From assembly GCA_951406725.2 (NCBI GenBank), contig OX597825.1, positions 59,644,001-59,708,000 of the forward strand: 64,000 bases of DNA, written 5' to 3'. The notes under the pieces are model-generated. The model was not told the DNA's origin. It saw nothing but the letters and a program-made list of their open reading frames with translations, and ran no database searches. The DNA is from Octopus vulgaris. Its lineage: Eukaryota. Positions 14,684 through 29,112 of this stretch are shown here, in pieces (the stretch's first letter is position 1; each line of letters begins with the position of its first letter). The position numbers were made by a program, and so were the translations under genes.

Positions 14684-15469
14684 GCTCACGAATAGTTGAT
14701 TAGTAATAAAGATGGTGTTATGTCGAAGAAAATGTCAAGAAGTGTCTATGATTGAAATTAGGAACAAGATGGCCATAAATACAGACAAAAAATAATTTTG
14801 GCGGCTTAGATGAGCAATGAATTATCCAGTGTTTGTAGAATGTGGCTTGGAGATGACACTCATCAGCGCATGCTCGATATAGTAATTTGAAAGAATTCTC
14901 CTCACCAAAAACACGAGAGAGAGAGAGAGAGAGTGAGGGTGAGAGAGGGAGAGAGTGAGAGAGAGAGAGTGAGAGTGAGAGAGGGAGAGAGTGATAGAGA
15001 GAGAGAGAGAGTGTGTGTGTGTGTATGTGTGTCTGTTTGTGACAGAGATAAGGCTCATTATTGAAAAATGACAGAGGTTTTCCTGCCAGGTATGGTTGAA
15101 TGTTTTGTTGCTATAAATGTTCCTCCACTATTGAGGAAAATGTAGTGGGAAACATTTGAAAATTAGCTGCTACTTCTAGCCACCCGCGCGATCTACAAGA
15201 AATTGAACCCGTCTTAAATCACACTCGACTGATTTCAGGATTTCAGGATTTCGTTTACATTGAAATTTAACACCAGCGTATTCATCATTGAAACAAGTGT
15301 AACACTACCTGGACACCTTCTTACTTTCTCATTATTTATACTCATGTAACAACCCAACCTCCTTGTTTAAATATATAACTGTCACAATCTGACCTGATAC
15401 CAGATGTTTGCCTGTTTATACATTTATTCTGTTACACACAGACATACAAACACACACATGCACACACAT

Positions 15470-15511
<42 letters not shown>

Positions 15512-15602
15512 GTAAATACGTACATATGTACATACTTATATATAAATATATAAGTATAGTAATATATATAAGTAATATATATAGTAATATATATAACTAT
15601 AG

Positions 15603-15672
<70 letters not shown>

Positions 15673-15753
15673 TCATATATATATGTATATATATATGTGT
15701 GTGTGTGTGTATTTATATCATATATATGCACATATATATATTTATATAGATAC

Positions 15754-15784
<31 letters not shown>

Positions 15785-15785
15785 G

Positions 15786-15839
<54 letters not shown>

Positions 15840-15929
15840 CATACACATGTATGTTTATGTGTGTGTGTTTATTCTAATGGAGATTAAAGAGGTTTCCAGT
15901 ACTATGTAAGCGACATAAATACCCCATTC

Positions 15930-16700
15930 AGAGTTACTGAAATCAAAGACTATATTACAGCAAACTAAACACCAAAAAGTGGTGGAACATCAATATCACC
16001 CTGCGATGCACCATTTTCTACAGTAGAGTTCTAAAGATGACCCTTCAAAGTTGATTTTAGCTTTCATATCTTTATGTAGTATCTTAATCATTTTAACAAC
16101 TTATTTTGCGTATCCATACCTTTTGAAAACCATCTAGGGTGCATCCCTATTTACAGTACAAAAAGCTTTGCAAAGGTTCATGAAACTAACAGAAAAGCAT
16201 ATTTTGTTCATTACACCTTCTCTGTAAGATAACGAACAGTAAATATCAGGTCGATTGCCTCCCCTTACATGATCTGAACCTGCATTGTGATTCTGGAACA
16301 AAACTTGGAACAGTGTTTATTTAATCGTTCCAACAGTATATAAGCTCGCACTTACACCACAGCTGATGCAGGGGACATTCCACGAAAATTTCCCCATTGA
16401 TCTCTTGGGGTTGATTTCAATAGAGAAGTGATAACTGCTTCGAGGCAATCTTGTGGGACTTCTTCGTTGCAGTCAAAAACAAACAATGAGTTCAAGAAGT
16501 CAATCATTTAAACCTCACCATAGTTAAGAAGCTCTTCATTTATGTGCCATTCATACCAGGTACCTTATTGCAATTTAGGCTTCTTATTGCTAATCGTATA
16601 TGCTCTACTGATGGTATAGACGTCATTATCTCGTTGATGGGAGTAAAGGATTTCGAAGAAAACAAACAAAAGTATGCAAAAGGAAAAGAGAAAGAAAAAT
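15930..16700 (-). mobile_element. Decayed RTE-clade LINE reverse transcriptase fragment
   Basis: Across frames: AIRSLNCNKVPGMNG, VPQD, PESQCRFRS, DLIFTVRYL, NLCKAFCTVNRD, NGASQGD..PPLF. These are RT domains 0-4 in the expected order, with stops and frameshifts. Confidence 0.8.
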
Positions 16701-19700
16701 AACGCTTTGATAAATACAGGAGTGTCATCCTTCATTTGCTCAACTTATTGTAAGACGCCCCTTTCTAAGACAAATTTAACTTCACATCTATAGCATAAAG
16801 TTTATTTTCGGAGACACACTATATTGCTATATTTTTATTAATACATGTAAGTTGCACGCTGGTCTAAAATGTCATTTAAATATCCATAAATCAGAGGTGA
16901 AACATATATGCACTGTTTGTAATAAATATCATCTATGCCAGCAATTGTATATACCAGTGTTAAGAAATGCGTCGACTGCATAGACATGCGTTTAGGTACG
17001 TCAAAATTTTAGCACAGCTATCCGAGGAATATTAAATATTGGTCGATAAAATAGCACCAGAACGAAGCAATTTCTGACATAGTTATAAATAATTGAAGAC
17101 CGTGCCTCCAAATAACGGCAGTCTATTGAACCAATCCAGTAAAAGAAAAAGAAAACTCACCCAGTCTCTGCTTCTCTCTTTGTCTTTCTCTCTCACACAC
17201 AGACGCGTGCGTGTACATACATGTTGCACACACGCGCGTTTCCGATCAATTTTGCTGATTTGCCCTTTAATTTTCTCCAGATCCAAGTTTCCGTTACATT
17301 CAGTAACAATTATTTTCCCATATTCGCTTCAAACTGCAAATATTGAAACAAAACATTATTATGGCTTTGTTTTGAGATTCCACTCTCAAATTGGATGGTA
17401 AATAAATACGGCTGACATGGGCGTGATATGAGTGTTACGGGAAAAGTCAATTGTACTTTTACAGAGAGTAATTTCCATTCTATTCCAAGTAAAATTATGT
17501 GGAAGATAACTGACGAAAGTAGAAAGAACTGAACAAATTGCAGCAGTGAAATTCAGTTTAAAGAGACTTCCTAAAGTTGGTTTCAGATCCTAAAACATAA
17601 ATATTAGTTATTTATCATCGAATGGTAAGGTACTTTATAAGTGATACTAGTAACGTGTAATATTAAAATAAAGATTGTAAAATTCTTGTTTCATTATGTC
17701 AAGCAGTACCGAAATTTTCGTCGCACCACTGCGACCTAGTTAGTCCCTAACACTGTTCCAGTACAACCAAGAGTTGTAATACAACTGGGTATAAATAATG
17801 CAGAAGTGAAATTGTCTTGCGTGTTTGATAATGATACAACTAACACGGTTCCAGTACAACCTAGAGTTGTAGTACAACTGTGTAGTTAAGCGGCCAAAGT
17901 AGTGTTGCAAAAATTTGGACACATCAAGAAGTAAATAAAAAGTGAATTAAATATTTTCTCTATGTCCTGAGATAACTAAAATTGTAGTTCCACAATAGGT
18001 TCAGTACACAGTCAGGGGTCAAATCAATTGCTGGATAAGTCCAAATCGTTGAAACAAAAAGAACAGTTGTGATTTAAATAGCTCGAAATGACACTCACTT
18101 GTCACTTGAATTGATCAGCTGCATATTACGTATACTTATTGCACCATGTGAAGAGGAATGAAAAGCTAAATTTACTCAGTGAGATTTCAATTTAGCCTCC
18201 ACTCCTCGCTGTATTGTTTCCCTTATTCAAAATTGAAATAATTTTTAAAACATTAGCTTGAATAAAGTCCCAATATTCTCGACAGGTTTATCATCAATAA
18301 ATCGAATGCAGTACTTAACTAATATCTATTTTATCTCTCAGAATGATAAAAGACAAAAGTTTTGCAGGATTTGATGGCAGAAGTAATGTAATTGTTTGCT
18401 TCTAAGGAGCTCTGCCACAACCAATTTACTTCCCTTTACAAGAATAAAATTAGGAATAATTTGATAATTATTGGTACATAAAACGAAATAACTAACCTTA
18501 CCATCTACAGATTGTGATCTATAATAGATTTATAAACTACGGGTTATGCCGTAACTATGACTGTAGACTATACAACATGTATAGGCTAAGTATTGTGTAT
18601 ATAGCTAACATTTTCAGATAAGTACCTATGCGGCCACTATTATACAGACTATTATGAAGTGTAATTGTTCAAATGTAAGCAATCACCACAAGGAAAGTGA
18701 GCAGTGCAACGTTTCCGCCTAAGTAGGTACTTTGCAAATCCATAAATGCCACATGTTGAGTTGATTGATTCTTCAACCTTTATATCAAATTATGTATAAT
18801 ACACCACTGTTACCCATTGACTAAGTTTTATTATGATGTTGAGATAACTAAATCCTAGGTTTCTCTTTCAAATATTCAAAGATTTCTAAAATGCAATATC
18901 GTAATGTTTGAACCATTTGATATATCGTAGCCGACTGGATCCCAATCCTAGGTATGGGATTAAATTGCATCCTCAAGAGGCACTTTAAATTGCATCCTGG
19001 TTCGGGAGTTTTAAGGAGTGGGACCCACCTCTTAGCCATTATTGTTTCCAAGGCTACTCTCATCCAGAGTAGTAGCATTTGTCAGGGTCCCCTCTATGGC
19101 TTAAATATAATGCAATCATCCGAGCCAGACTACTTTGAAATCCTGATATGTAGCATGGCGGATGTAAATCCTTTCGGGAGATGATCTTCTTGAATCGATG
19201 GCGAATATCACTTGATGTTGAGCGAATGAACATATAACAAGCTGTCAACGGTCAGGTGCAACTAGTTCCACTGGCGAACAACTGCTACCATTTGTTTTCG
19301 AGGCGCAGGCAGGTGAGATATTTCAACTAGTAAAAAACCAATGTCACTAGCGCCCAGATTAAAATACCCCATCACCCGTTCGGGATGTCCGACGGGATGA
19401 TGATGAGAGAACTGAGTATATAAAAATTGCTTACATTTGCAACAGACTGAAATCTATTAAAAATCGCTCTACGAGAATTGGATAATTATGATGTCACGGA
19501 GAACATATTACAGGCACAGTTCTCCCTGATGACTGAGTAATAATTCCAAAAAATTAGTTTGTACTGAAGACGTAAAAAATTAATTGCACTAACTTCTTAA
19601 CATAATTGATTGTAGTAACTTGCCAACATAATACTCTGCAGTGTATTTCGACACAAGAACTATGAGCTGGTAGTTGTATCATTACGAAACACACAAGACA

Positions 19701-20250
19701 ATTTCACTTGTGCATTATTTATAAATTGTGACATAGAACTTCAAAGCATACAGAACATGTGGAAATGTCACTTTTTATATTATTTTCCTGCCTTGATTTT
19801 GAATCATTCAATGCTTCAGAATGATATAGCTGAGTATGAAGAGAATCTGGGAATTATCAAATGTCAAGATAAATTAATTCTTCCATAACTTTTTACATTC
19901 CAACAATGTGCTGATGTAGAATTAGATTTTCAATAAATATAATCTACAAGTTGATTCTAGTTTTCTGTTGAAGTGTTTGCACTTTCTGGATAAATTTTAC
20001 TTAGGATTGTGAGAAGTAATAACCATTACAGATTTCTCACCAGTCTCTTCTACTCTTCTAACGTTCCAAAATTCCATATATTTAATCAGTGGTGATTTCT
20101 TAACATTGGAAAATGTAAAGAAAAATTTTTCTCCAATGGTTCCGTTAATGTATGTATGTATGTATGTATGTATGTATGTATGTATGTATGTATGTATGTA
20201 TGTATGTATGTATGCATATATGTATGTATGTATGTACGTAAGCACGCAGT

Positions 20251-20586
20251 GATGACTTATGACTCAGTGGTTAGAGCGTCGAGCTTACGATCGTGAGATT
20301 GTGATCTCGAATCCCGGACCGGGCTGCGTGTTGTGTTCTTGAGCAAGACACTTTATTTCACGTTGCTCTAGTTCACTCAGTCGTAGAAATGAGATGCGAC
20401 GTCACAGGTGCCAAGCTGTATCTTCTGTTGCCTTTCCCTTGGATAACACAGGTGGCGTGGAGAGGGGAGGCCGGTATGCATGGGCGACTGCCGGTCTTCC
20501 ATAAACAAACTTGCCCGGATTTGTGTCTGGGAGGGTAACTTTCTAGGTGCAATCTCATTGTCAGTGTCGTGACCAAAGGGGGTCTC
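20251..20586 (+). mobile_element. tRNA-derived CORE-type SINE (family B) with candidate 9-bp TSD
   Basis: CTCAGTGGTTAGAGCG ... TCGAATCCCGG, CORE-like GTGTTCTTGAGCAAGACACTT. GTAAGCACG flanks it at 20238-20246 and 20591-20599. Confidence 0.88.
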
Positions 20587-20685
20587 AGATGTAAGCACGT
20601 ATGTATATGCGTATGTGCGTATGTATGCATGTATTTATGTATGTATATATGTATGCATGGATATATGCATACGTGTGTATATGTA

Positions 20686-20888
20686 CGAGGGAGTACTGAA
20701 AGGAAACGTTCCTGGCTTTAAGGGTATAGTGAAATGCCTGGTTGGAGGTTCAAACTTCCGAGGTCTTTTACAGGGCATAGTAAAGCTGCAATATGTGTGT
20801 AATATTTAGAGGGGAATATGTTGAAAAAAAATCATAATTGACTGAATATCCTGTAATTTCTTTTACCCCAACCCAGGAACTTTTCAGT
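20686..20888 (+). mobile_element. Mariner-derived MITE
   Basis: TA|CGAGGGAGTACTGAA..GTTCCTGG ... CCAGGAACTTTTTCAGT inverted ends. The interior encodes CVIFRGEYVEK, a mariner C-terminus-like string. Confidence 0.65.
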
Positions 20889-21184
20889 CTGATGTCCTAC
20901 CATAAATAGATTACAAGCCAATAAATGTAGCTTTTCAATCAACCAAATGTTAATGTGCACATGCTGTGTTTTGTATACATGCTCGATCTGATTGTTCATA
21001 GAAGACATGCACTTCAGTGTGTTGCATATTCTGCATTGCATGCTTTACGAATTTCATAAGGGCAACAATTCATCACATGTGATAGAAAACATTTGTACTG
21101 TATAACCTGTGGTGTAAGTGTTCAGAAGTTTGGTATAAAAAATTGAACAATGGTGTTTTTGTTTTTTTTCATATGGGTATCGAA

Positions 21185-21464
21185 CAAGAAGAGTAAATTT
21201 TCTAAATAATAACTTAATGAAAATAGCAGTTGACAAGGATCTGCGTCAAACTATCCTTGATTTTTCACTGAGGCTTAATACACCTTCGTCCACTGAACAA
21301 AATAATTTCAAACAGATTCCAAAAGTGCTTAACAGAAAGTGAATCATTCTGAAACATGATGATGCAAGTCTATATTCAGCGAAGATAATTTAGAAAAGAT
21401 AAATTCATCATTTAGCCTCGTTCTCTCCCCACAAAAACCTTAGACTATCAGATTTTCTCTTATT
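21185..21464 (+). mobile_element. Heavily decayed, internally deleted mariner transposase remnant
   Basis: AVDKDLRQT...LNTPSST (HTH region) is fused to NRK*IILKHDDASLYSA (compare HDNARPH). Confidence 0.55.
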
Positions 21465-21730
21465 CTAGACATTGTATGTGTGAATATAGAGAGAGGATTG
21501 TCAAAGATGTAATAATTTTTTTGAATCACATCTTGACGTCTTTAAAAAGAAACAGGGCCAATTTTAATATTGTCCTAGACATATTTCGTAAATATTGAGA
21601 GAGTCAAATATATAATAATTTTTTAATCATATCTCAACGTTTTTAAAAAGAAACAGTGACAGTTTTAACATTGTTCTAGATACACTATGTGTAAATATAG
21701 AGAGAGGCTTGTTAAACATGTAATAAATTT
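21465..21730. repeat. Degenerate tandem repeat, about 100-110 bp unit, about 2.5 copies
   Basis: CTAGA..AATATAGAGAGAG..TAATAATT..TTTAAAAAGAAACAG recurs at 21465, 21575 and 21676. Confidence 0.8.
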
Positions 21731-22525
21731 GATAAATGGCCTTCTCAAGCAAGACTGGTCTTAGGCTAAAGAATAATAACTAAGACAACATGTCTTAACT
21801 TACCTTTCCTTATTCATGATATTTAAATAGGGTTTGTGTGGTATTAAATAGGGCTTATTCAGCTGGTTAAGTTTTCACAATATTACACCAACCTGAGAAA
21901 TTCATTATAAGCGAATGCCATATGTTTATTATCCGACGACTTCATATCCAGGTTACAATTAATTTAAAGAATATTTCCAGTAAGAATTTAACAACGTCAC
22001 GTTACCTAAAGATCCCGGTTATTAATAGGGACAATACTTAATGCTTAATTGTTAATTTTGTAGGTCTATAGAATTTCTAGTTTAATCCCTCATAAATTAT
22101 CTAACCTTATGTGATCAATGAAAAATTAAATAAATCAAACAGCTTTATATACATTAGCTTCCTGATATCAGTAATAATATAGATCTGATACTTATGATTA
22201 TTTCATACAGAATTCAACGAATATAAATAGAAAAAAAAATACACATTAAGTCAGAAACGAGTTGTACTTCAAATTTTTTCTGTTATCAACCTATAAACAG
22301 AAGTATTATCAGAAAATAACAAAAAACACAGAATTATGATAATTTCCCCTCCTGTTTATTAGAATGAAGCAGATTGGTCCATAAGTAGTATAATTATTAA
22401 CAGACGTAAGAGAAAAATGATATAATAATATGATAATATACATACATACATGTATAAATATATGCATAAACACAAACATATATATATATACACACACGCA
22501 CATATACGTACACACGCACATATAC

Positions 22526-22578
<53 letters not shown>

Positions 22579-23418
22579 CATGTATTCAAACATTCAAACA
22601 TGCATACATACATCCATACATACACATACTCACTCACACAAACACATATATACAAGAAAGAAATGGCGGCAACACGTTATGTGTGATATAGATTCTAAGA
22701 AATCTATTCTAGAGTTAGAAAATCCACAATGTTTTGCTGATTCTTTTGTATAGAATAAAAAAAAAATGTCTATTCATATTCTATAAATTCGCTAGATTCA
22801 ATAGATTCTCTGCTAAGTTTATGGTATCATCTCTGTTGCAGTGCATGGCTTCCATAACACTTGTCACTTTATCTTTGTAACGCCTGCAACCTCGGGTTTG
22901 TAACACCGGTAACTTTCCCTAAAGATATCTCTTCTACGATCTTTCGCTACTTGATCTGGTTAAAGCTTTTCTAAACAAATATCACTTTGTCGTAAGTTTT
23001 TTTAGATATTCCTTAAGAAGGTGCTATATTAATCTTCTCTTTACATCTTAACAGACAATTGAATAAAGAATAGCAATGAATGTGAAACCTTGATGCCAAA
23101 TTTCCGAAATGTTTTCCAATATCTCTTCCTTTGTAATCATTGACTTTTTCTATTCTTGCAAAATGGCAGAAATTTTATCCAAGCAAAATTGGTAAATAAA
23201 TAAATAAAATTCAATGAAAATCCATCAAAGCTATAAAAATGCATTTTGAAGCCAGTGTGTAAATACGCCATAATGTCTGCCTAAGCAAAAAACACATTTA
23301 GTAATGCGGTTGCTAGATCAAACCAAGAACGTAAAATTTCTGTTTGTAGAAGATTCACTACTATATTAAGAAATAGCAGTTCAGTTGAAGGCACTCTTCC
23401 TCACGTTTCTTTATACCT

Positions 23419-23465
23419 AGATTATTAAACTTTACACAATTGAGATTATTAAACTTTACACAATT
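23419..23465. repeat. Exact 23-bp tandem duplication
   Basis: AGATTATTAAACTTTACACAATT occurs twice, separated by one G. Confidence 0.95.
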
Positions 23466-23642
23466 TGTGTTAAGTTAATTCTGATAAGTTAGCAAGTATG
23501 ACCTTTATTATGTTCACATCAGTTTGGGTTTGTCTCCGTTTACTTTTCATTACTCTAATAATTACTCTGCTCAGACCGTGTATACATGCATACATACATA
23601 CATACATAAATACATACATACATACATACATACATACATACA

Positions 23643-23676
<34 letters not shown>

Positions 23677-23755
23677 CATACATATATATATATATATTTG
23701 CACACACTCGCGTGTATATGTATGTATGTTCCAACATATATACATACATATATAC

Positions 23756-23794
<39 letters not shown>

Positions 23795-23979
23795 TTTGCA
23801 CGCGCGCGTGTGTATATATGTATATATGTGTGAATGTGTCTTAGTGTACGCAGATACGTGTTAGAAGATAAAACTAGTATTCAATATTGAGGAGTGAGAA
23901 TAATGTATGTTTATTGCAGGCCCACCTCAGATCTAATTATTCGAATTTTGCGTTCCTCAACACCGGAATTGCTAGGATG

Positions 23980-24026
<47 letters not shown>

Positions 24027-24079
24027 TATACCTATGAGAAGTTCTTTCAGCAAAAATATATCATTTCTACTGTAGATAC

Positions 24080-24275
24080 AAACCAAGAACTTTTGGGAAA
24101 GTGAATAAGTCGAGTACATCGGGCCCAGTGATCAAATGATACTTATCTAATCGACCGTGAAATGTTAAAATACAAAGTCGACTTCGATGAAATTTGAACT
24201 CAGAAACTTAATCCGGAAAATGTGCTGTTAAGCCTTTTATCTATCGTGCTAACTGTTCTGCATACTGACCGCCAT
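24080..24275 (-). mobile_element. Decayed family K SINE
   Basis: AAAGTCGACTTCGATGAAATTTGAACTCAGAA matches the reverse complement of the 14446 copy. Similar scraps at about 1510-1590, 1855-1935, 11050-11150, 12370-12660, 35130-35190, 38140-38330 and 46590-46692. Confidence 0.7.
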
Positions 24276-26821
24276 TTGCTTGTTAGCAAACGATATAAGA
24301 TCAACGTTTTGTATTTTCTCGTTTTATTTTATTTGTATCTGAGTCTTATTGGTTTTGTTCGTAAGAGGCCAATGAAAGTATTTTTCTCTCACTAGATCCG
24401 TATGGCTGGCAATAATTAAATATCTCGAAAGAATATTGTAAACTACTCTAAGTAGTTAGAACATTATATAACAAAGGATATGAATATGTTATTTATTACC
24501 ACAGAAATATGAATATGTCGATATCTTTTGGCTAGAAGAAAAGGCATGCAATGTTTTCAGGTAGCAGATTTCATTAGAGGAGATATTTGTAGATGTAGGG
24601 CACAGTCCTAAAAGTTACATTTCTATTCCCATGGCTCACAACTATAACTCAACATTTGGCATAGTTCCTAATGGTTATCTATAATGATTACTGATAGTTA
24701 TTTTATATTTCCTCAGTAGATTTCATTGTTTTAGATTTCATAGTCCAAATGCTACTATAAACCAAATGAAGGCAACAGAAATCCACTCTTTTGTATCATT
24801 CCTTTCTGAAATGAATATCTTAAATTTCTTACAACATCTCAGTGAGATATTAAATATTCTCCTAGTTCTCTTCCGAAATTAGACATTAAAAAAATAAAAT
24901 AAGTCACCATTCGTTAGCATCCATCATGTATAAAGTCCAGATTGTGGCGTTAAACATGACTTTTAAAAAATGTTCTTCCTTCTAGTAAGACGTAGTGTAA
25001 TCACTAAAAGTATGCTGAAGTTGATTTGATTAATTTTGTCGGAGATTCAGAAGAATGACCAATATGTGACAGAGCATTTAATTTTATGTTTACTGCTGAA
25101 TGTAAAAACTAAATAGTGAAAGATTCTTTTTCTTGAATATTTTATTCTCTGTAAAATAGAGAGTAATTTATTGACAGTTATGAAGCTCAATATACAAAAC
25201 ATCAAAATGAGCCATTATTGTCTGAACAACATAAAATGAAATTATACACATGTGACCAATTAGTGAACAGCCATACTAAATTATGAATGATTAGAAGTTG
25301 TAAAGACAGCGTAATCAAATTGTCATTTGCTCTGCCATTTCACATCATTGTGTTTTGCAAGAGATAATGGTTCCCAAGAAAGGTTTGTCATTAATTTCCT
25401 TCTGTCAACTTGATTCACTTTGCTTCTACCGTCATTATACTGTATCTATTAAATTCAACAAAAATACACACAAAAAAAATATTTCTCTCTCTCAGTCTGC
25501 TTCTCTCTCCTCACACAACTACATGTGCACATACACGGATACATATATTCTTTACCCTATTAGTCAATTCTATATTCTCTGCCACATTCATCTTAATACT
25601 GTTGATCACGTATTAACTCAAATGAAGTGAAACAAAAGAAGATGAGCAGATACGTATTTAAAGCTCAACATTAAGTGTAACGGAGTTATTTTGTAGCGAA
25701 CTTCAAGCATATTTGAACAGGTAACAAAATTGCATTTATACATATTACTGCTTAGCGTTTCTTCTCTGTAATTTACTTACGGTGAGCCGCCACATAGCGC
25801 TCTCAATCATCTTACGGTGACTGAAATAACATAAAAGAAGTAATCTCTTTGATCAGTTCGCAGCGTCACCTGCCTGGTGTATGTGACCGAAGAGGAGACA
25901 ACTATTTCGAAATGCTGGCATCTCACAGTCTAGCTTGGTAGCGTTGCAAACTAATCTAGGCGTATCCACACCATTTGTCTACAGCGAGAAATTTTCTCCA
26001 TGACAAAACTCAGTGACTGACTTGTTCCCCAGCTTGAACATGTCTCAAGCATATTTGAACCGATAATAACATTGCAATGATACATATCACTCCTTAGCGT
26101 TTCCACTCCACATTTATTTTATTTTACCGCTGCTGTACGTCAAGAAATTGGTACAAATACCTTCATGAATTACATGTAGCAAACAAGTCATTCAATTTCT
26201 CATTGCGAGAGTGATAAGGCCGTGTTTGTATGTTACTGCTGTACAAATATCACAAGGAGCTTCGTTCGAAAAAGGATTGTATTTCGGTCGTCACCATTTT
26301 TTACACTTTGCATCCTTAATCTATATGCAATCGACGAAGCGAAATACCAATCCAATCAGGTGGATCGACAGAATTATTTGAGCGTTAGGTCAAATTCTTT
26401 GCAGTATTTGTTAAAAGTCTTAACGTTCTGATTGTCCAAGCAAAAGGGCACAGTATTACCCGTACTCACAAAATGATATCTTGAAAACGAATATCCGACA
26501 GAAAGCAAGGGAAACCCACCATAGTATTCTGTCACGAAAGTTTTATCACAAGTACATAGCACTTATTAAATGAAGTGCTCAGGAGTGGAACGAGTCATTG
26601 GTCGATCTGATGACTTCTAACAGCTACCATACGTTACCATGTAAGAAACAGCAATAAAATCTTTCGTCATGTACAATATAATAAATAAAGAATGGATTCA
26701 TTGAGCATTTTAATTTTAGATAAATAGCAGCATCAGCATCAAAACTCATCTATAAAACTTTTTGAAAAAACTCCCCCTCGATTTCCAAGGTTCTGGTGCC
26801 GTTAATTTGCTGCAGGTGTTG

Positions 26822-27199
26822 CTGTTGCTGTTGAGCGAACGGTATTTGTCCCAGAGCTCGCAAGATGGGAGAAGTCTGAAACGTGGTCCTTTGCTATTCG
26901 TAAGACCCGCAGAAGAGAAAGCAGGTCAACCCCCGACACCGAGACCATCGACGGATGGATGAATGCGCATCCAGTCTCAGCGGTTGCGTAGGAAGTCGGG
27001 GACAAGAAACAGGAAGAAAGAGTGAGAGAAAGTTGGGGCGAAAGAGTACAACAGAGGTCGCAATAACCCCCTGCCGGAGTCTCGTGGAGCTTTAGGTGTT
27101 TTCGCTCAATAAACACACACAACGCCCGGTCTGGGAATCGAAACCGCGATCCTCGACCTCGAGTCCGCTGCCCTAAGCACTGGGCCATTGCGCCTCCAC
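26822..27199 (-). mobile_element. tRNA-derived SINE (family R, tail type 1) with 14-bp TSD
   Basis: Head GTGGAGGCGCAATGGCCCAGTG..GGTTTCGATTCCC. Flanked by TGCTG(C/T)AGGTGTTG at 26808-26821 and 27200-27213. Confidence 0.9.
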
Positions 27200-27336
27200 T
27201 GCTGTAGGTGTTGATAAGCTATCATCGCCTATTATTCATGCCATTCTTGCCGTTTGTTGGTATTTATATTACTGTTGGTGTAGTTTTGGTGTTCTTGTTG
27301 TTGATAATGATGATGATGATAATGATAGTGATGAAT

Positions 27337-27368
<32 letters not shown>

Positions 27369-28118
27369 ATGTTTTTATAGTTTAGCCAAAATTAACTACA
27401 TTTGAATAAACCTAAAATCCACAGTAAGAAAGAAAAACATTAAATCTAATGTGTATTCCCTTTCCCGGGCGAAGGGCATAATATTTGGGAGGAAATTTTG
27501 TTGCTATATCTAGCAAGAGAAACAAAAAATAAACACGTAGATGTCTCCTTATCGTAGAAGTCTCAAGGCTCATTGCAGCTTAATATTTTCACTGAGATGG
27601 TGAGGCGGGGCTCTATCACTTAAACTTAGATTTGTTGAAAAAGATTTTTATGGAGATTACGGGTAAGAATTCAATGATATTGATGAAAAATTCCTATAAT
27701 TAGTTAAAGGTTTAACGCGTAATATATATCCTTCGGCAGACTTCTAAGTGTTGCTTCACTGCAATCCGTAAGAGATTTTTCCGATATTTTTTTAATTGCA
27801 TGTGACTTCTCTAGCACGAAAACCCTAATATTTACAAATTAAAACATTATTAAGAACTGGTAGTAAAAAGAAAGCAAACATGAATAAATGAATAATTGAA
27901 TAGAAAACGAGAAATTTAAAAAGTATATACAGTAAAATATAAGAAAAACATTGCAAAAACGAATCATTCCATTCTACATATGTGTAGGTAGAAGTTTTTA
28001 TATGTTTGCGTGTCTATGTGTCTAGAAGTTGAAGAAAGTCTGAATATACATTCGTACATATGTGTATGCGTGTTTGAAAAAGCTGGAATGCTAAGGAAAT
28101 ATAATTGCAAAAACAAGG

Positions 28119-28160
<42 letters not shown>

Positions 28161-28232
28161 TATGTATGTATATATATGCAGATATATATATGTATATATA
28201 TATATGTATGTATGTATATATATGCAGATATA

Positions 28233-28301
<69 letters not shown>

Positions 28302-28598
28302 ATGTATATATATATATATATATATATTTGTGTGTATGTGCATACAAATATAAATATATACATATAAACACACTTACGATAACTCATACATGAATTCATA
28401 CACACCATCTGTGTAAATGCATGTATATATATCTTAGGCGTATTAGGTATATTTGTTATAATTTATACACTAATATATATATGGACACATACTCATATAG
28501 AAGTGCTCTGTCTCTCCGTCTCTCTCTCTCTCTCACATACACACACATATACGAGTTGATACATATCGTGTGATTATGTCTCCCTCTTTCATCTCTGT

Positions 28599-28640
<42 letters not shown>

Positions 28641-28804
28641 TGTGTGTGTAGGTGTGTGCAATGTGTGTATACATATAATATATATATGTATATACACACA
28701 CCCAGCGACGAAACTATATGTACACATATATATAAAATGTGTGAATATATACATACATGTGTGAATATATACATATATATATGAATATATACATACATGT
28801 GTGA

Positions 28805-28835
<31 letters not shown>

Positions 28836-29064
28836 CGCAGCACACACGCTCACACACTCAGAAACACACACACACACAGATTTCCATACTACATATGTTC
28901 ATAAATGTGTTTGTTTATTATATATATTTTTTGTTTACGAGATTTGAAATTATTTTATACTTTTTTATTAGCAGCATAAAAGAAATTTTCTGTATTCAAA
29001 ACTAGTTTTAAAATGTTTACATCTATGTATTGTTGCTTGAATGGCAAGTGTAAATAGCTGATGG

Positions 29065-29112
<48 letters not shown>

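Noticed and set aside
17747-17884. CRISPR-like repeat-spacer-repeat
   Set aside because: Only two units, eukaryotic context and no cas genes.
18704-18737. Hammerhead-like remnant on the minus strand (TGCA..CCTACTTAGG..GAAACGTTGCA)
   Set aside because: The CUGANGA box is absent, so it is too degenerate to claim.
18848-19250. Short ORFs, possibly an L1/Tx1 remnant
   Set aside because: No diagnostic motif could be read with confidence.
20251-20330. tRNA genes at SINE heads (also 27120-27199, 31475-31540, 39290-39365, 60159-60235)
   Set aside because: They have A/B boxes but no complete cloverleaf, and they continue into shared SINE bodies, several with TSDs.
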